DNA from: Octopus sinensis
Lineage: Eukaryota
Direction: 5' to 3'
Assembly: GCF_006345805.1 (NCBI RefSeq)
Contig: NC_043026.1
Location: forward strand, 4,774,001-4,838,000
Length of the DNA: 64,000 nt
Positions 22,870-36,819 of the stretch are shown here, one piece after another. A program made the position numbers and the translations under genes. The notes beneath the pieces are model-generated. The model was given only the letters and a program-made list of their open reading frames with translations, ran no database searches and was not told the DNA's origin. How positions within the stretch are numbered: position 1 is the stretch's first letter; the number at the start of each line of letters is the position of its first letter.

Positions 22870-23265
22870 TTGGTGTTGCAGTGCTTGGCTCCGTTTGCTG
22901 AAGAAGCGCTCATCCTGTTGAGCAACAACAACAAAAAAAGGCATCGACAGAAGATATGACATCATCATCACTGCGATACTGGTTCCCAGCCAAATGTTAC
23001 TTCATGTTGGGGATCAGATGGGGCCAAATCAGGAGAATAGGGAGGGCGATTAACCTGTTCAAAGCCACAGTCACGCACGGCAACCATTGAAACGAAGGAC
23101 TTGTGTGCTGGAGCATTGTCTTGATGAAACAATTCCCCATTCTTCAGTTTTCCTTGGCGTTTGGTCTTGAGAGCATTCCACAACTGCCTCAGGAAGTTGG
23201 CAAAGCACTCTCCATTGGTGGTTTTGGCCCTTTATTCCTCCGCCACCTTCTTTTAAAATCATAAA
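22870..23265 (-). mobile_element. Mariner transposase catalytic-domain relic (copy B about 54465-54845)
   Basis: LFHQDNAPAHKS..PPYSPDLAPSD, the diagnostic mariner motifs. Confidence 0.9.
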
Positions 23266-23479
23266 ACTGGCATCTGGAAATTGGCCCCTTGGGAAAAACT
23301 ACAAACAGCAAACCATCCCGAAATATTAAAATGAAATCCATCTTACAGAAAAAAACTAAACAAAACAAGAAAAAAGATCGCTTGTCTCTCTATCTCCCTT
23401 CTTCCTTTCTTTATCCCTTTTTTTCTCTTTTCTCTTCTTTCTCTCTTACCTTCTCTCATCGCATCTTTTCTCTTTTTCT

Positions 23480-23540
<61 letters not shown>

Positions 23541-24193
23541 TAACAAAGCAAAACAGATTTCAACAAAAGACAAAGTTTCCTGTAAAACTCAAATCTGACA
23601 AGTTCCAATGAATGAGATGAAAACACTAATAACGAATTATCCAAAATTCTCACAAACTCCCATTTTTAAAGCATAAAATCTGTACATCACTACAAATAGT
23701 ATATTTATCTATCTGTCTATCTGTCTATCTACCTATCGATATATCTATATCTCTCTCTCTCTATCCATCCATCTGTCTGTCTGTGTGTGTGTATATATGC
23801 TGTCTTGACCGAGCTAATTTTCTGTTAATGGTATATGAATGGTTATCTCCCTTTAGTTGAATGTCTGCGTTAATCCATCCGTGTGCGTAGTTAGGTGGGT
23901 AGGTATGTGTATACAGGGGTTGATGAAAAGTACCCGGCATGACCACTGCTGCAGAGGACTGGCTAGAGACCGAACCAGCTGTGTTCTTTTTCCCAGGGCT
24001 TAGAAAAACTGAAGGGCCACTGCAACAAGTGTGTGAATGTGAGAGGGGAGAATATGTTGAATAGAATGCTAATGAAGTGATTCGTCTCTATTTTGTTTTA
24101 CCTGAAGCCAGAAACATTTCAATACTCCCTCGTCTGTAGACACACATACACACACACACACGCATGCACACATACACAAACGCATACATATAA

Positions 24194-25680
24194 GTGGACC
24201 CTTTCAGGCTGACCCGAACAGTGTTGGGACATGGGAGGACCAAATCAGGGAAATGGACCAGCTCCAGAGAAGAGGCAGAAGCTTTTCTGGGTGGAGGGGG
24301 AGAGATCTACAACCATAACCTCAGAAATCAAGCTCCTAATGTTAACCCAAAAGTCTGTAGAGCTGAAATACCAGGAAATGAGTTCAACGTCAGTTGTCCA
24401 TTCTGGAAAGAAGTGGGACGAGTGGTTGTGAAAGGGGCCAGATCAGGATCAGCTCCTGTCCAAGTGGTGTACCTTATAAAGTATACAAGAAATGCCCATG
24501 GCTCCTTCAGAGGCTGTGGACACTATTCTGAAAGATCTGGACAAATGGTATCATTCCACCGAAAGGAAGTTTTGTGCTGCCAAAGGAAGAAAACTCATCA
24601 GCCATTAACAAATTCAGGACCATTCTCCTTCCTGAGTGTTGAGGGAAAAACCTTCTGTACTGACCAAAAAAGGGTGACCTCATACAATGAGTATATAAAC
24701 ACCTCTATCCAGAAAGGTAGGGGTCTCAGGTTTCTCGGGCTGTCTGGAACACAACCAGCTGATTCGGGAGGCCAAAAGAAGTAAAGGTGACATGACAGTG
24801 GTTTGGCTGGATCTGGAAAATGCATGTGGATCAATTCCTCACAGCCTCATATATGCAGCCCTTGACTGTTACCATATTCCTCACCTGTTGAGGGAATAAT
24901 CAGCAATCACTTTGGAGGCATCGAGTTATGTTTCAGAACAGCCCACTTCACAAGTCAGTGGCAAGACCTTGAGAAAGGAATCATAACTGGTTGCACAATC
25001 TCCCTCATTCTTTTCATCATGGCTGTGAATCTCCTGGTGTCAGCTGCTGAAAATGAAGGCCAAGGACCAACAATGGAATCAGGCAGCTGTCAGCAGCCAA
25101 TAAGGGGTTTCATGGATGATATCACGGTAACAACTACAACCCATGTGGAGGCAGAAATGGTGCTGACCTCATTTGAACACATGGTAATATTCGTTAGAAA
25201 GAAGTTTAAGCCTCCCAAATATAGGGGTATGGTAACCAGAGGAGGTAAAGTAACAAACAAAATTAAGCTACAAGTGCAAGGAGAAGCCATACCATCAACA
25301 GAGGAAAATCTGATTAAATGTCTTGGAAAGATGTTTTAGAAGTCGCTCTGTCAGAAGCAATGTCACCAATTCTGTGAAGCAAGCAGAAGAGTGGCTGAGG
25401 AGGACTGAAAGATCAGGGTTTCCAGAAAAATACAGGGCATGGCTCTACCGACATGGACTAGGGTGGAAAGGAAGGTAAATAAATACCTCCAAAGATGGCA
25501 AGACGTTCCCTCAAGCTTCGCTTCAATAGGTCTGTACATAAGATCTGAACAATCACAACTTCCCCTGTCATCTGTTGCGGAGGAATTCAAAGTAGTAAAA
25601 TGTCATGTTGTAATGATGTTCAGGGAGTTGAAGAATGAGCTTGTCAGACATGCAAATATAACGACAAGATCTGGGTGAAA
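24194..25680 (+). mobile_element. Decayed RLE-type non-LTR retrotransposon RT region (R2/NeSL/Hero-like); copy B 55793-57280
   Basis: DPFRLTRTVLG..KSG, WLDLENACGSIPH, GIITGCTISLILFIMAVNLL, IRGFMDDITV; several stops and frameshifts. Confidence 0.7.
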
Positions 25681-25986
25681 GTGGGTAGCTAGCACTATGA
25701 AATCTGGCAGTATGTATAATACTACTGCTGGGTGGCACTGGGTAAAATCTGAAAGTGGATGAGCTTCATACTGTTCTCTACTACGTCCCGAACAGAATAT
25801 ACCATAACTAAAGATGTATATATATATATACACACACATTATTTACAATGCCCGATAGAGCTCCTACAGAAAATTTGTCTCTTAGGGAGAGCAAGGATTA
25901 TCAGGAGGGTCCTAAACTCTTGAAAGACTGCTGAAAACTTGAGGATACCTAAGGTCACAGGTAGTAACCATAGTAACCATAGCATA

Positions 25987-27031
25987 TCATAAAAACCCAT
26001 GTAATTTATGCACTTTTTTTTCACAAAAATGAAAATAAATTTTAGGGGCTGCATGAATTACATGAGTAGATTGTTTCCAGGATTTATTTTGAAATTTCTT
26101 TTATTGGAAAAAGATGTACGAAACGTAAACATTTGTTCCGGAAGTTGACTCATTTAATGTCAGAATAGTTTTTTACAGAGAAAATAATGGCTTAAATACG
26201 CATAATGAAGTTGACTTCTGTTTATGCTGGACGGTATAATGCTTACTTTTTCTGTATAAATTTACTAAAACCATTAAATGGTTAACTAGTTTTTGAAGTC
26301 TGACGTTCATGCTGGTAAACACGGTCCGGGCCATATTTTACATTGCTTGGAGCTTCTATCTATCGCAATGGAGCACATATTTAATTTCTCCTTCACAGCA
26401 AACGATTCATAAGTTCTGCCCATACTGACAATAAAAGTAATGACAAATGTTTAAGTTTGCTTGACATTTTATAAGTGTGAAAGGGATTAAAATTTCGATC
26501 CTCCATATCAAAGGTTCTGACTAGACTCTGCAGAAAAGAATTCTGTTTCCATCATCAGTTTGATTGGTCACCTTCCTTTGTCGGTTGAGTAAAGTGTCAT
26601 CCAAGCTGATGTTTATTGCTAATTAAACTTAATTTGCAACACTTTATCCGCTTTGTTTTTGTTGATAATTCTTATCAAAAACTTTTCCTGTGATCCTGAT
26701 TTGAGAAGACATACAAAAGTATGCTAAAGATCGGACATAATCTCTCGTGGCCAAGAAATGTAAAATAAAGTTATTATAAAACAACAAAATACTTTGTAAT
26801 TTAACAGATTTCAATGTGATACCTGTTAATTAGAAATTATTTTTATTTAAAGAAAATTTAATAAAATCTAATCATAAGTGAAATTATGCTAAATACAACT
26901 AAATTGAAAACCTTTTACCCCTGGCCATATTGGTAATTCTGAAAACTTTTGGGTGCTTTTTTTAACAATTTTTATCCTGGAAATCACCTGCATAAATTAC
27001 ACAGGTGCGCAAATTACATGGGTTTTTACAG
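25987..27031. mobile_element. Non-autonomous TIR element, pogo/Tc1-like (copy B 57589-58640)
   Basis: Left TAAAAACCCATGTAATTTATGCAC and right GTGCGCAAATTACATGGGTTTTTACAG are inverted repeats, with TA on both flanks. Confidence 0.75.
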
Positions 27032-27049
27032 TAATAATTTTACCTTGTC

Positions 27050-27600
27050 CTTACCCTTAGTGCAAGTTTTGAAGAGTGCAGTTCATTTTTAACAGCTATT
27101 TTTTCAAAGTTATAATGGAAGTGACAAAGGAGCATATTCGGCATATTTTGTTTTATGAGTTCAATCAAGGCAACAACACAACGGAAAATGCGAGGAATAT
27201 TAATGCAGTGTATGGGGATTGGACAATAAGTGTAAGCCAGTGTCAACGGTGGTTCCAGAAATTCCGAGTCAGAAACTATAGCCTAGAAGACGAGTTTTGT
27301 CCTGGAAGATCTGTAGAGCTTGATGAGGACATCCTGCAAACCCTAGTGGAACAAAATCCCATTGTAACTGTTGAGGAGCTAGCAGAAACTTGGATTTGGT
27401 TACTCAACCATTCATCAACACCTGCGTGCCATTGAAAAAGTCAACAAATAGAGTCAATGGGTTCCTCACAAATTTTCCAAGTCTAATTGCACGCAGTGAG
27501 TGAATGTGTGCTCTTCTTTGCTGTCACATCTCACGAATGAACCATTTTTGGACTGAATAGTGACTGGAGATGAGAAATGGGTTCTCTATAAAAATGTCTA
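27050..27600 (+). mobile_element. Mos1-type mariner transposase N-terminal relic (copy B about 58660-59200)
   Basis: KEHIRHILFYEFNQG...CQRWFQKFR..NYSLEDE..PGR (HTH region), followed by a degraded RIVTGDEKWVLY. Confidence 0.9.
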
Positions 27601-27699
27601 TAAATAATGCCAAATCTGCGAAATCCATAGTTTACTGATTGGATCAACATATGATTTGATTCGATGTTCTACATGTAAAAATGACACAAAAATAATTTA

Positions 27700-28560
27700 A
27701 GAATAAACCAGCTTTATTTAGATTTCATAACGTCTTCAGAGAGAAAATGATGTAAAAGTAAAGATTATAGGCCACACAGTGAAGAAGATAAGTGATTGAG
27801 AAGACAGAGGGACAGATTCGGAGATAGAAAGACAGACAGGCTCTGACATACAGACAGATGGCTACAGTAGGCAGGAGAGGGACAACACAAGTGACATGAT
27901 GTTGGATAATTTGCAGGAACAAGTGGGGAAGAGTGGCGCAGGAATGATGGAATACACACAAGCGTAGTGAATAAATGATTTTTATTAGAAACTAGAATGA
28001 CCTGACATTTATTGATGTAAATTATAGGCCACGCAGTCAAGACGATATATAATTGAGAAGGCAGAAAGACAGACAGACAGACACTGACAAATAGATTCTC
28101 AGATCGGACTGAGACAAACAGACTGAGGGAGAGATAGAGAAACTGAGAGAGAGTAGTAAAGCTGTGACAGCTGAATTGAGAAGAGGAGGGAAGGATCATG
28201 AGGAATCTCATGGAAAGAGATAAACATAGGGGTGATGAGGTGTTAGAGTTTGACCTTCAAAGTACAAGAATGAGTGGGCAGGAGGGAAGAAAAGTGTGGG
28301 ACAGTTGGTGGAGGGGTGGGCGATTGTGGAAGGGTGAAGAGATGGCAAGTAGGCAACCTGCAATGATGCAAGACACATAGGGGAGTAGGAAGTGACTGAG
28401 AATTCAAAGCATCAGAAGAGTAATGATGACACAGTAGACAGGAGAGGGACAACAGAAGCGACATGATGTTGGATAATTTACAGGAACAGGTGGGGAAGAG
28501 TGGGGCAGGCATGATGGAATACATACAAGCGTAGTGAATAAAGGATTTTTATTAGAAATA
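27700..28560 (-). mobile_element. Possible decayed Penelope-like 3-prime region with about 135-bp direct repeats (copy B about 59320-60175)
   Basis: Direct repeat at about 27855-27990 and about 28430-28560. Weak similarity of FLYFEGQTLTPH to a GIY-YIG tail. Remnant CTGAAGA..GAAA on minus at about 27725-27740. Confidence 0.35.
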
Positions 28561-28986
28561 CTACAGCAGTAAGTTACCACAATTATGTCGACACAGTAGT
28601 AGTTATATGTAAAATAATAGCATTATATTTTCTTTCCTTTGAGAATGCATTGATGATTATATAAGTTATCATAGAATGAACTGTGACAAACACTGCATCT
28701 TGGTTTTACAGCACATGTATGGCATGCCCTGCCTATGGAATGTAAAAGGTGATTAAACAGCTGGCATCAGGAAAAGCATTTAGCTTTTAAAGATTATTTC
28801 AAAATGGGGAAACAAAATGAGATGAGTGATTAGGAAAAGTCGAGGGTAGATATTGCTTCAGCGAATAAAAAAATTGTCTTGAGAGGTTTATCATTGTGTG
28901 AGGTAACGAATTTGGACCAATAATACAGTTGTACTTCCTAAGTGAATAGCTAAATGGGGAGATAAATATCCAATACACTGATATAG

Positions 28987-29645
<659 letters not shown>

Positions 29646-29649
29646 TCAG

Positions 29650-30045
29650 GTATCTACCATACCCTGAACGTCTTGCTTCCCTGAGCATGGACATATTAAA
29701 GTTTAGACGTCTGGCAACTGGGTGGGCAGATATCCACAAGATTATCCACCATCTCTCCAACAACCTTGGGCACTTTTTTGAAATTCAAGTCTAGCTCTCA
29801 TGAGTAAGCTTACAAAATCACTCAGCAACACAATACCCATGACTTTTGGAAACATATTTTCACACTCAGAATTGCTGAAGCATGGAATAAACTATCCAAA
29901 TCAGTTGTCAGCTGTCGACACTCCAATCCTTCCAATGTCCATGCTTCCTAAATTCACCAACTGCAGACCTAATGCCACCACTTCTTTTTTTTTTTGTAGT
30001 GCACACGAGCACTGTATATAACAATTTCATTATTATTATTATTAT
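29650..30045 (+). mobile_element. CR1 3-prime end abutting the 5-prime side of the ZNF array (copy B about 61265-61655)
   Basis: Homologous to 6940-7385, with (ATT)n tail. Confidence 0.8.
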
Positions 30046-30167
30046 TTTTCAAATTCTGGCTGTCAAACTTGTCAGACTGAAACCCAATGGACAACTATAT
30101 TTGGAGCATTGAAAGCAAAACTAATAAGTAACCTCACAATACTATAGTTTCACTGAAGGTTGCGCTA

Positions 30168-30353
30168 CTACTAGCGAACAGTGGTCCCGGTGCGCGCCAG
30201 TTAGTCATGACTAGTCGATCCTTACTTTGTGTAAAAAAATTATTTATTTTGTGTTTTATTTACTTTGCTAGGTAGTCGTTGTAGGATCGACTACTCACGA
30301 CTAGCTGGCACGGATACGCAACTGCGCGCACCGGGACCACTGTTTGCTAGTAG
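30168..30353. mobile_element. MITE with about 30-bp TIRs and TA flanks (copy B 61777-61962)
   Basis: CTACTAGCGAACAGTGGTCCCGGTGCGCGC versus GCGCGCACCGGGACCACTGTTTGCTAGTAG; an inner inverted pair ACTAGTCGATCCTTAC / GTAGGATCGACTA. Confidence 0.85.
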
Positions 30354-30966
30354 TACCCAGAACAACATATACAATAAAGCTTTCCAATGAAAAATTTAAA
30401 ACTGTAATTTGAGAGAAAATTGCCTACTACCTCTAGCAGGTTGAGAAACCAGGTAAAGGCTACGGCTATATCTCTTTGTTGTTCTTTAAAGCCCAGAGCA
30501 GACCTATGATAAAAGTTGTTTGCAAGAATATTAGGAATCCTATGACCGGTTAATGGAAAAGAAATACTATATATTATATGTTGATAAACGAAGGAAAGAT
30601 TTTGTGTTTCGCGTGTGATGTTTTAGTTTATCAAATTTTAGTATCAATTTGTTTGGTGGTTGTGCAAGCTTTCTTTATTTGATGTTGTGCTACTGCCGTC
30701 TTCTTTGTCATACGAGTTATTTTCGGTGTGGTTATGAATTGCTCCTAGTTTTGTTTGTTTTAATTATTCTCGTATTTGAAGTCATGAAATGTAATTTCTT
30801 TTATTTTACCAACAAATGAAATACCTTTATGGAATCGTTTGACCTGTTTGAAATAACATTCTCTGCTCCTGCAGAACAACAACAACAATACAAAAACGAT
30901 AAACAACAACAATAACGACATTTAAAATAAAACAACTTTTGAAAATATATGATGAATATAGTGGGA

Positions 30967-32042
30967 CTAGCAGCATAGCCCGGCGTTGCCCGGGTATGTA
31001 AGAGCCCCTAGTAGGCAACGACTAATCCCAATCTAGTCCTTTCCCTCTAGGGAACTAAGGCGCATGTGTAGGTTGTAATGTCTTCTCTTCACTCCCAAAT
31101 AACTATCAAACAGCTATCGATAATTCAACCCAACCAATTCCTACCAGGAAGAAATTACATTCGAGACTTTACCCCCAACACCGCCACTTCTGCTAATAGC
31201 TGCTGCAGCTGCAAGTTATTCGAATACTTTTTTTGTTTAAACTTTCTTTATAGCTACCACCCCAAACGTAAACTCTTGGTTTATTATAAACCGCTTTTGT
31301 TGTGTGCACCAAAAAACCTTTTCCATTCGTTTGTTCAGTTTGGTCACTTTTGACTTTTTCGTTGTTGTCACTCACATTGCTGCTAGGTTTTTTGCCGTTT
31401 TTGTACATTTTTATACATTTTGAGATACTTACCCCACGTGTTCAGAGAGTTAAAAAGGTCGAGTTGCGTCCCCTAGACAGTCTGTGGTTTTGTGTTTAAT
31501 ACACAAATCGGTTTGCTATGTGTGCCACATATGATTTAATTAACCGATTTTTTCCAGTAATAATGTATCCTATTGGAATAAAAAGGGCCATATAGCTCCT
31601 TGGAGCAGGCATGATGCTCGCTGTGAATTTTAAAAGAAATTCCTGCCAATTTGTGAAAGGTATTTTCGAAAATATGTCATCTTGAATTTGAACGCGATTT
31701 CCCAAAATAGCATGATTTTATCGATTTTTTCTGATGGTAAGGTATTGCATGGAAAACTAACGTCAGAATTGAGTTTCTTAGGGTAACATTAAGCTTCACC
31801 ACGAGTTTGGTGAAAATCGATTGCAAGTTGCGAAAACTACAACAGAAAATGTGTTGCATATAAAAAGCTTAGATTCTCGACCCCATGTCGAATTTATCGA
31901 TTCTTTTCAGAACTGGGGGAATTTTCAATTATGACAATGGACTATGTGTGTGTCAAGTTTCATCAGAATCGGTTGAAAGCCGTGGTCAGGGTGAGGGTAC
32001 AACCTGACAGACACACAGACCGTTTATATATAGAGAGAGAGA
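30967..32042 (-). mobile_element. Non-autonomous Helitron, 1076 bp, present only in copy A
   Basis: Minus strand starts with TC and ends with a CCCGG-GCAACG-CCGGG hairpin (30979-30994) 8 nt before CTAG. Inserted between A and T with no TSD; copy B has the empty site GTGGGA|TACC at about 62575. Confidence 0.92.
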
Positions 32043-32118
32043 TACCTTGAAAACGTAAAATAAAGTGAAGAGAAAATTGGCGGGAGAAAGTGACACATCC
32101 GATTGTCACAAACACACA

Positions 32119-32171
<53 letters not shown>

Positions 32172-33646
32172 ACTCTTTCTGTCTCGAAAACCCATTTCAT
32201 TAAGAAGTAATAATGCAAAAGAAAAAAAATAACTTAAAATTATATAAATATATATATGTTCATATATGTGAATGTAGGGGTATTTCTTTTACGAATCTAT
32301 GTCTAAAGATAAGAATCGAGTCAAACGTTGGCATCAAAAGCTCCAATTTAAGAACCGATTATTTCTGAAAACACACTGATTCATTTTTGTATGGGAATTC
32401 GGTGAGGAAACAAAGATTTGCTTTAAGGTGGTAATAATATGTGTAAATAAGAGAATTAAGTGAAATATTTCGAGGTTACCGTAATTGGCAATCTTTCGTT
32501 TCTAGTAGACCTTTCCGTCGATTTCCGTAAAAAAACTTTTCTTTTGTTACATATGGGCTTGCGGTAACTTTTGAAGTAATGAGAGCGAAAGAGACTAAGA
32601 GAAAGCGATTGTATGACGAGGGAAGTTCTTTTGAAGTTACCGTTCAGGGGAAGCATTGATGTACATGTGTGTGTGTGTGTTTGATGGGGTGCGGGAGACA
32701 GAAAGTATGTTGTGTAAGTGAAGTGCTTCTGTTAGTGTGTGTGAAGAGACAGAGAGAGTAATGTGTGAAAGAGAGAGATAACGGAAATTTTTTACTCGGT
32801 GTATGTGTATATGTATGTATGCATGTATGTATGTGTGTGTGTATGTATCTATGTATGTGTGTGTGTGTATGTATGGCCGATTCAGTGTTTACATTATTTC
32901 GAGTTAAAACGAAAGATTACCTTTGCCTGTTTATGTAACGGTCTGCTATGTAGAAAACAATGAGGTTGACTCAATGGAATAATGACAGTGATCGAAGATA
33001 TAGGCAAAAAGTTTTTTATTTAATCGTTATACATGCCTTGTCGACTGCTACTGTGCAGCCTTAATGTCTCTGTTGATGTGACGATGGTGAAATGGTAAGA
33101 AAAAGACGGGAGAGTTATAAAATGAGGAGGAGATATTCTTCTCATGAGAAAAGAGTTGCATTCAAAGGAAAAAAAAAGTTAATAGTCTATAGAGGTGCAC
33201 AGAAACTGGGTGCAAGCATGCATATATATGCATATGTAAACATTGTGTTGTGCAGCAAAAGGAACGAACAGTACAAAATGTGTAACGAAAAGTGACAAAA
33301 TCCGATTGGTAATGTTCTGTGTGAAAAGTCTATGCTGAAAAGTGAGAAAAGGTTAGTTCTCTTGGTTGGGTAGCTGTCCTAAGTGTTGCATTTATGTATG
33401 GCAACTGTTTCCCTCGTGGATCTGGGCATCGGGATGCAGTACATGTGGAATGTAATTGGTGTGTGTCCATTGAGTCGGTGACTTCATTCCTTTCGTGTTG
33501 TGTTGGGCGTGTGACGATGGAACTGAAAACTATGCGTCGTGAAAGTTCGTGTCCTATAATTCTTGTTGATGCGACTGGCACGGACTGTAATTGTTTTCAA
33601 GAGTTCATGCGATGCTGAAGCAGTAAGTCTTTGAAGTCGAGCTCAC

Positions 33647-33851
33647 CAAATGTAATGGATAAGGTAACGAAGACTGCAGTTCTGTGGCTCGGGGGTCAGC
33701 AATTGTGGCAGGGTTGTTGTGTTCGAATCACGTTGTGGGTAACCAGTTGTATCGTTGTGGTTGATGTATTCTAATAACGTCTCTCTGCCGATGCTCGATG
33801 CTGACAATACAGAATGTGAAGGTGGCATTGTCACTTCTTCATTTCGGCCGA
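33647..33851 (-). CDS. Candidate isolated coding exon of an unknown gene
   Basis: Acceptor TACCTCTTTTTCTACAG| and donor TG|GTGAGC. Only the phase-1 frame is open (GRNEEVTMPPSHSVLSASS...LRYLIHYI). No recognisable domain. Confidence 0.3.
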
Positions 33852-34064
33852 CTGTAGAAAAAGAGGTATATCACTGTGACACCTATTGTTTTCGTGTGGT
33901 GTCTGTGTAGACGCGGAAAAGTTTTACGTCAAACGGAAAACACATCAATTGACTTAGCAAAGCCATGTGATGAAATTAACTCAAAGCACTACATATGTAT
34001 AAGTAGCTACAGCTCGTTCTAACCATTTCTCTTATTTCTGTAAAATGAATTGTGGAAGCAAATT

Positions 34065-34380
34065 TCAGAGAAGAAACTGGATTTGTAACCGACAAACAGC
34101 GAATCTCTCCCGATTAAGCTGAAACAAACCTTCAACATACAATTTATTTCTGTGACTTTCAATAAATCTCGGCCCTTTACTGTTTATACAGCTAAAGCCC
34201 ACTTTACATACACAAATTCTTTCATTTAAATATATTTTGCTGTGGTCACCAGTCTGTGTGAAACACACCATGTTGTTAAATATACCATAGAGATGATATC
34301 TTTTCTTATCAACTGTTATGTTGCTATGAATACTGATATACTTTGTATATTTTGTATATTTTGTCCCTCTGTCTTATCTC
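34065..34380 (-). pseudogene. Paralogous fragment of the multi-beta-propeller gene (end of module 4)
   Basis: MVCFTQTGDHSKIYLNERI..KGPRF..YVEGLFQLNRERFAVCRLQ aligns with ILCLTQNGEYQRIFLNERI..KGPRF..YVEVLFMVNRDSFPVARLQ of the 1800-aa ORF; about 34 of 64 residues identical by manual count. Confidence 0.85.
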
Positions 34381-34567
34381 ATGGTGCGACACGAACACTT
34401 AACGTGGTTTTTATAGTCAGAGTTTCGACTGCTATTTCGGCATGTTGGTGTCTCTTAGACACCCTCATTTTTAATTGTTAAAAATTATTACCTTTGTACG
34501 GTATTTTTCCCATGCTGGCCACTTGATAATATAGATACTTAAATATCGATATTATCCTCATATATAA

Positions 34568-34696
<129 letters not shown>

Positions 34697-35151
34697 GAGA
34701 CAGTCAGAAATAGAGAGAGAGGCAGAAAGTGACGTTCCCGGAAACACACACACACACACAACATCACACATAAATACACACACGCACAAACATAAACAGG
34801 CGTGTATACACACACACAGACACACCGATACACACCCAGACATCATTCGTCTTATGTGTATACATGTGTAATACTCCACCCTCTCTCCCCCTTTCTCTCT
34901 CTATAGACGTATGTAAATATTCATACACACTTACATATATAAATATTTACCTGCTTATGTACATACATAAATACATACATATACACACATCCGTTAGTTT
35001 TCCTTTCTTTTTCACGTCCAAATTAATTATAATTCCTAATTAATGACTTAATTGTGAGACCTTAATGTCATTTAACATTATTTAATTCATAAAAATGCTG
35101 ACAATGTCTCTTTGATTTTAAATAAATAATTTAGACAAAGTCTTGTCTAAA

Positions 35152-35206
35152 TTTCCCGCCTTTTTCTCCACGTTTTTTGTCATTCAAATTAGCGTTGCTA
35201 GGCAAC
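35152..35206. promoter_or_regulatory. Candidate promoter motifs: E2F-like TTTCCCGC (35152-35159) and RFX X-box GTTGCTAGGCAAC (35194-35206)
   Basis: Motif matches only, in non-repetitive sequence; no TSS evidence. Confidence 0.35.
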
Positions 35207-35649
35207 AGATAGAAACAATTGAACGGGAAGAGGCAGAAGTTATAGAAAGACTCCAGACTGGGCGGTTTGTGTGATACCAGACCATAAATATCACCAGACA
35301 CCCTTAAGCATGGGTTGTCACAGATGGATTTACCCGTTGTCTTTTCTATGTGTGTGCAAGAAGTCTACGTATAATAATGTATAATTATATGTATATATAT
35401 CTGAGTTTATATGTGAATATGCATGTATATATAATATTCTGCTTTCCTGCGGGTATAATTATGATGTATATTTATATTCCTATATAAATGTATCGGCAAT
35501 CCTATACAATAGAGTCGGAAATTATCCAATACCTCAAATATTCCAACATCTTTTGATATTTCTTTTATAAACTTGTACATATACATGAATAAATGTATAC
35601 ACAAACACACATACATATAATATATATATACACACCTACATTTCTACAG

Positions 35650-35692
<43 letters not shown>

Positions 35693-36819
35693 CTGTGGCA
35701 TAACTACAGATGAACACCCCATCGACTTTGTTTCCTCATAACTTCCAGGAAAATGGATATTTTTAATGAAACTTCCACTATCATTTTCTAACAGAAAAGG
35801 ATGCTCTCAAAAGAAATCTTCTTTTACAAAGCTCTTATTTTAATCCCTGTGGATAAATCCCAGCAAGAATCTTCTCAGACTCTCCAATATTTTACAATTA
35901 TATAAAGAGAAAGAATCGGGGGCCAGGAAGTGGGGCTAAAAATAATCAGAGATTTTTTAAATATTCTTTTTATTTTTTTATAACATAAATGTGTTTCTGA
36001 GGGAAAAAATGAGAAAAAAAAGAAGACAAGGAGGGTGGTGTGCTAGAAACAACAGCCAAATCTCCCTTAAATCACACACTTTTTCCCTCGAACCCTTACA
36101 AAACATTTTGCCAACAAATTTCTTTGTAATCGTAATCTACATCGTTTGAAAGTTATTTCTACCAAATTTCATTCAAATGAATACCTTTATACACATGTAT
36201 ATACCTACATATACACACATGTCTTTGCTATGTTTTTTAAACACATAAAACTCATAGATGCATACTTTTATAATATTTTACACTTAAACCGCCGCAGGAC
36301 AATATTTTTAGAGTTGCTTCTTAAAGTGTCCTTCACTTTTTTTATGAAAAACGATACAAATTTCAGAGTATTTGGCTGTTATTTCTAGCATGATGTTAAG
36401 CCATCTATAGGACAATATTTGACATGGATGGTTTGTAAATTGTCCTTCGATTTTTATTTGTGATGAAGTAAAAATGTGAAGGTTTAGGTGGCTCTTTCTA
36501 GCATGAAATGAGACCATATACAGGTTAATTTTATTTATGAATGCTTCTTAAAGTGTCCTTCAAATTTTATATGAAAAATGAAGTGGTTTCTATTTCTAGC
36601 ATGAAAAATGACCAGCTATGGGAAAGCTTTTACTGAATGCTTCTTAAAGTGTCCTTCTCTTTTTTTATGAACCCTCAACAACAACAACAACAACAACCCT
36701 ACGAGGACGAAAGGCAATGTTTGTACGTGTGTGCAGTTGGAATGCCACTGCAACAACAACAACAACAACAATCTATTCTTATTAAACGTTAAAAACTGTC
36801 AGATGCAGACTGCACACAC

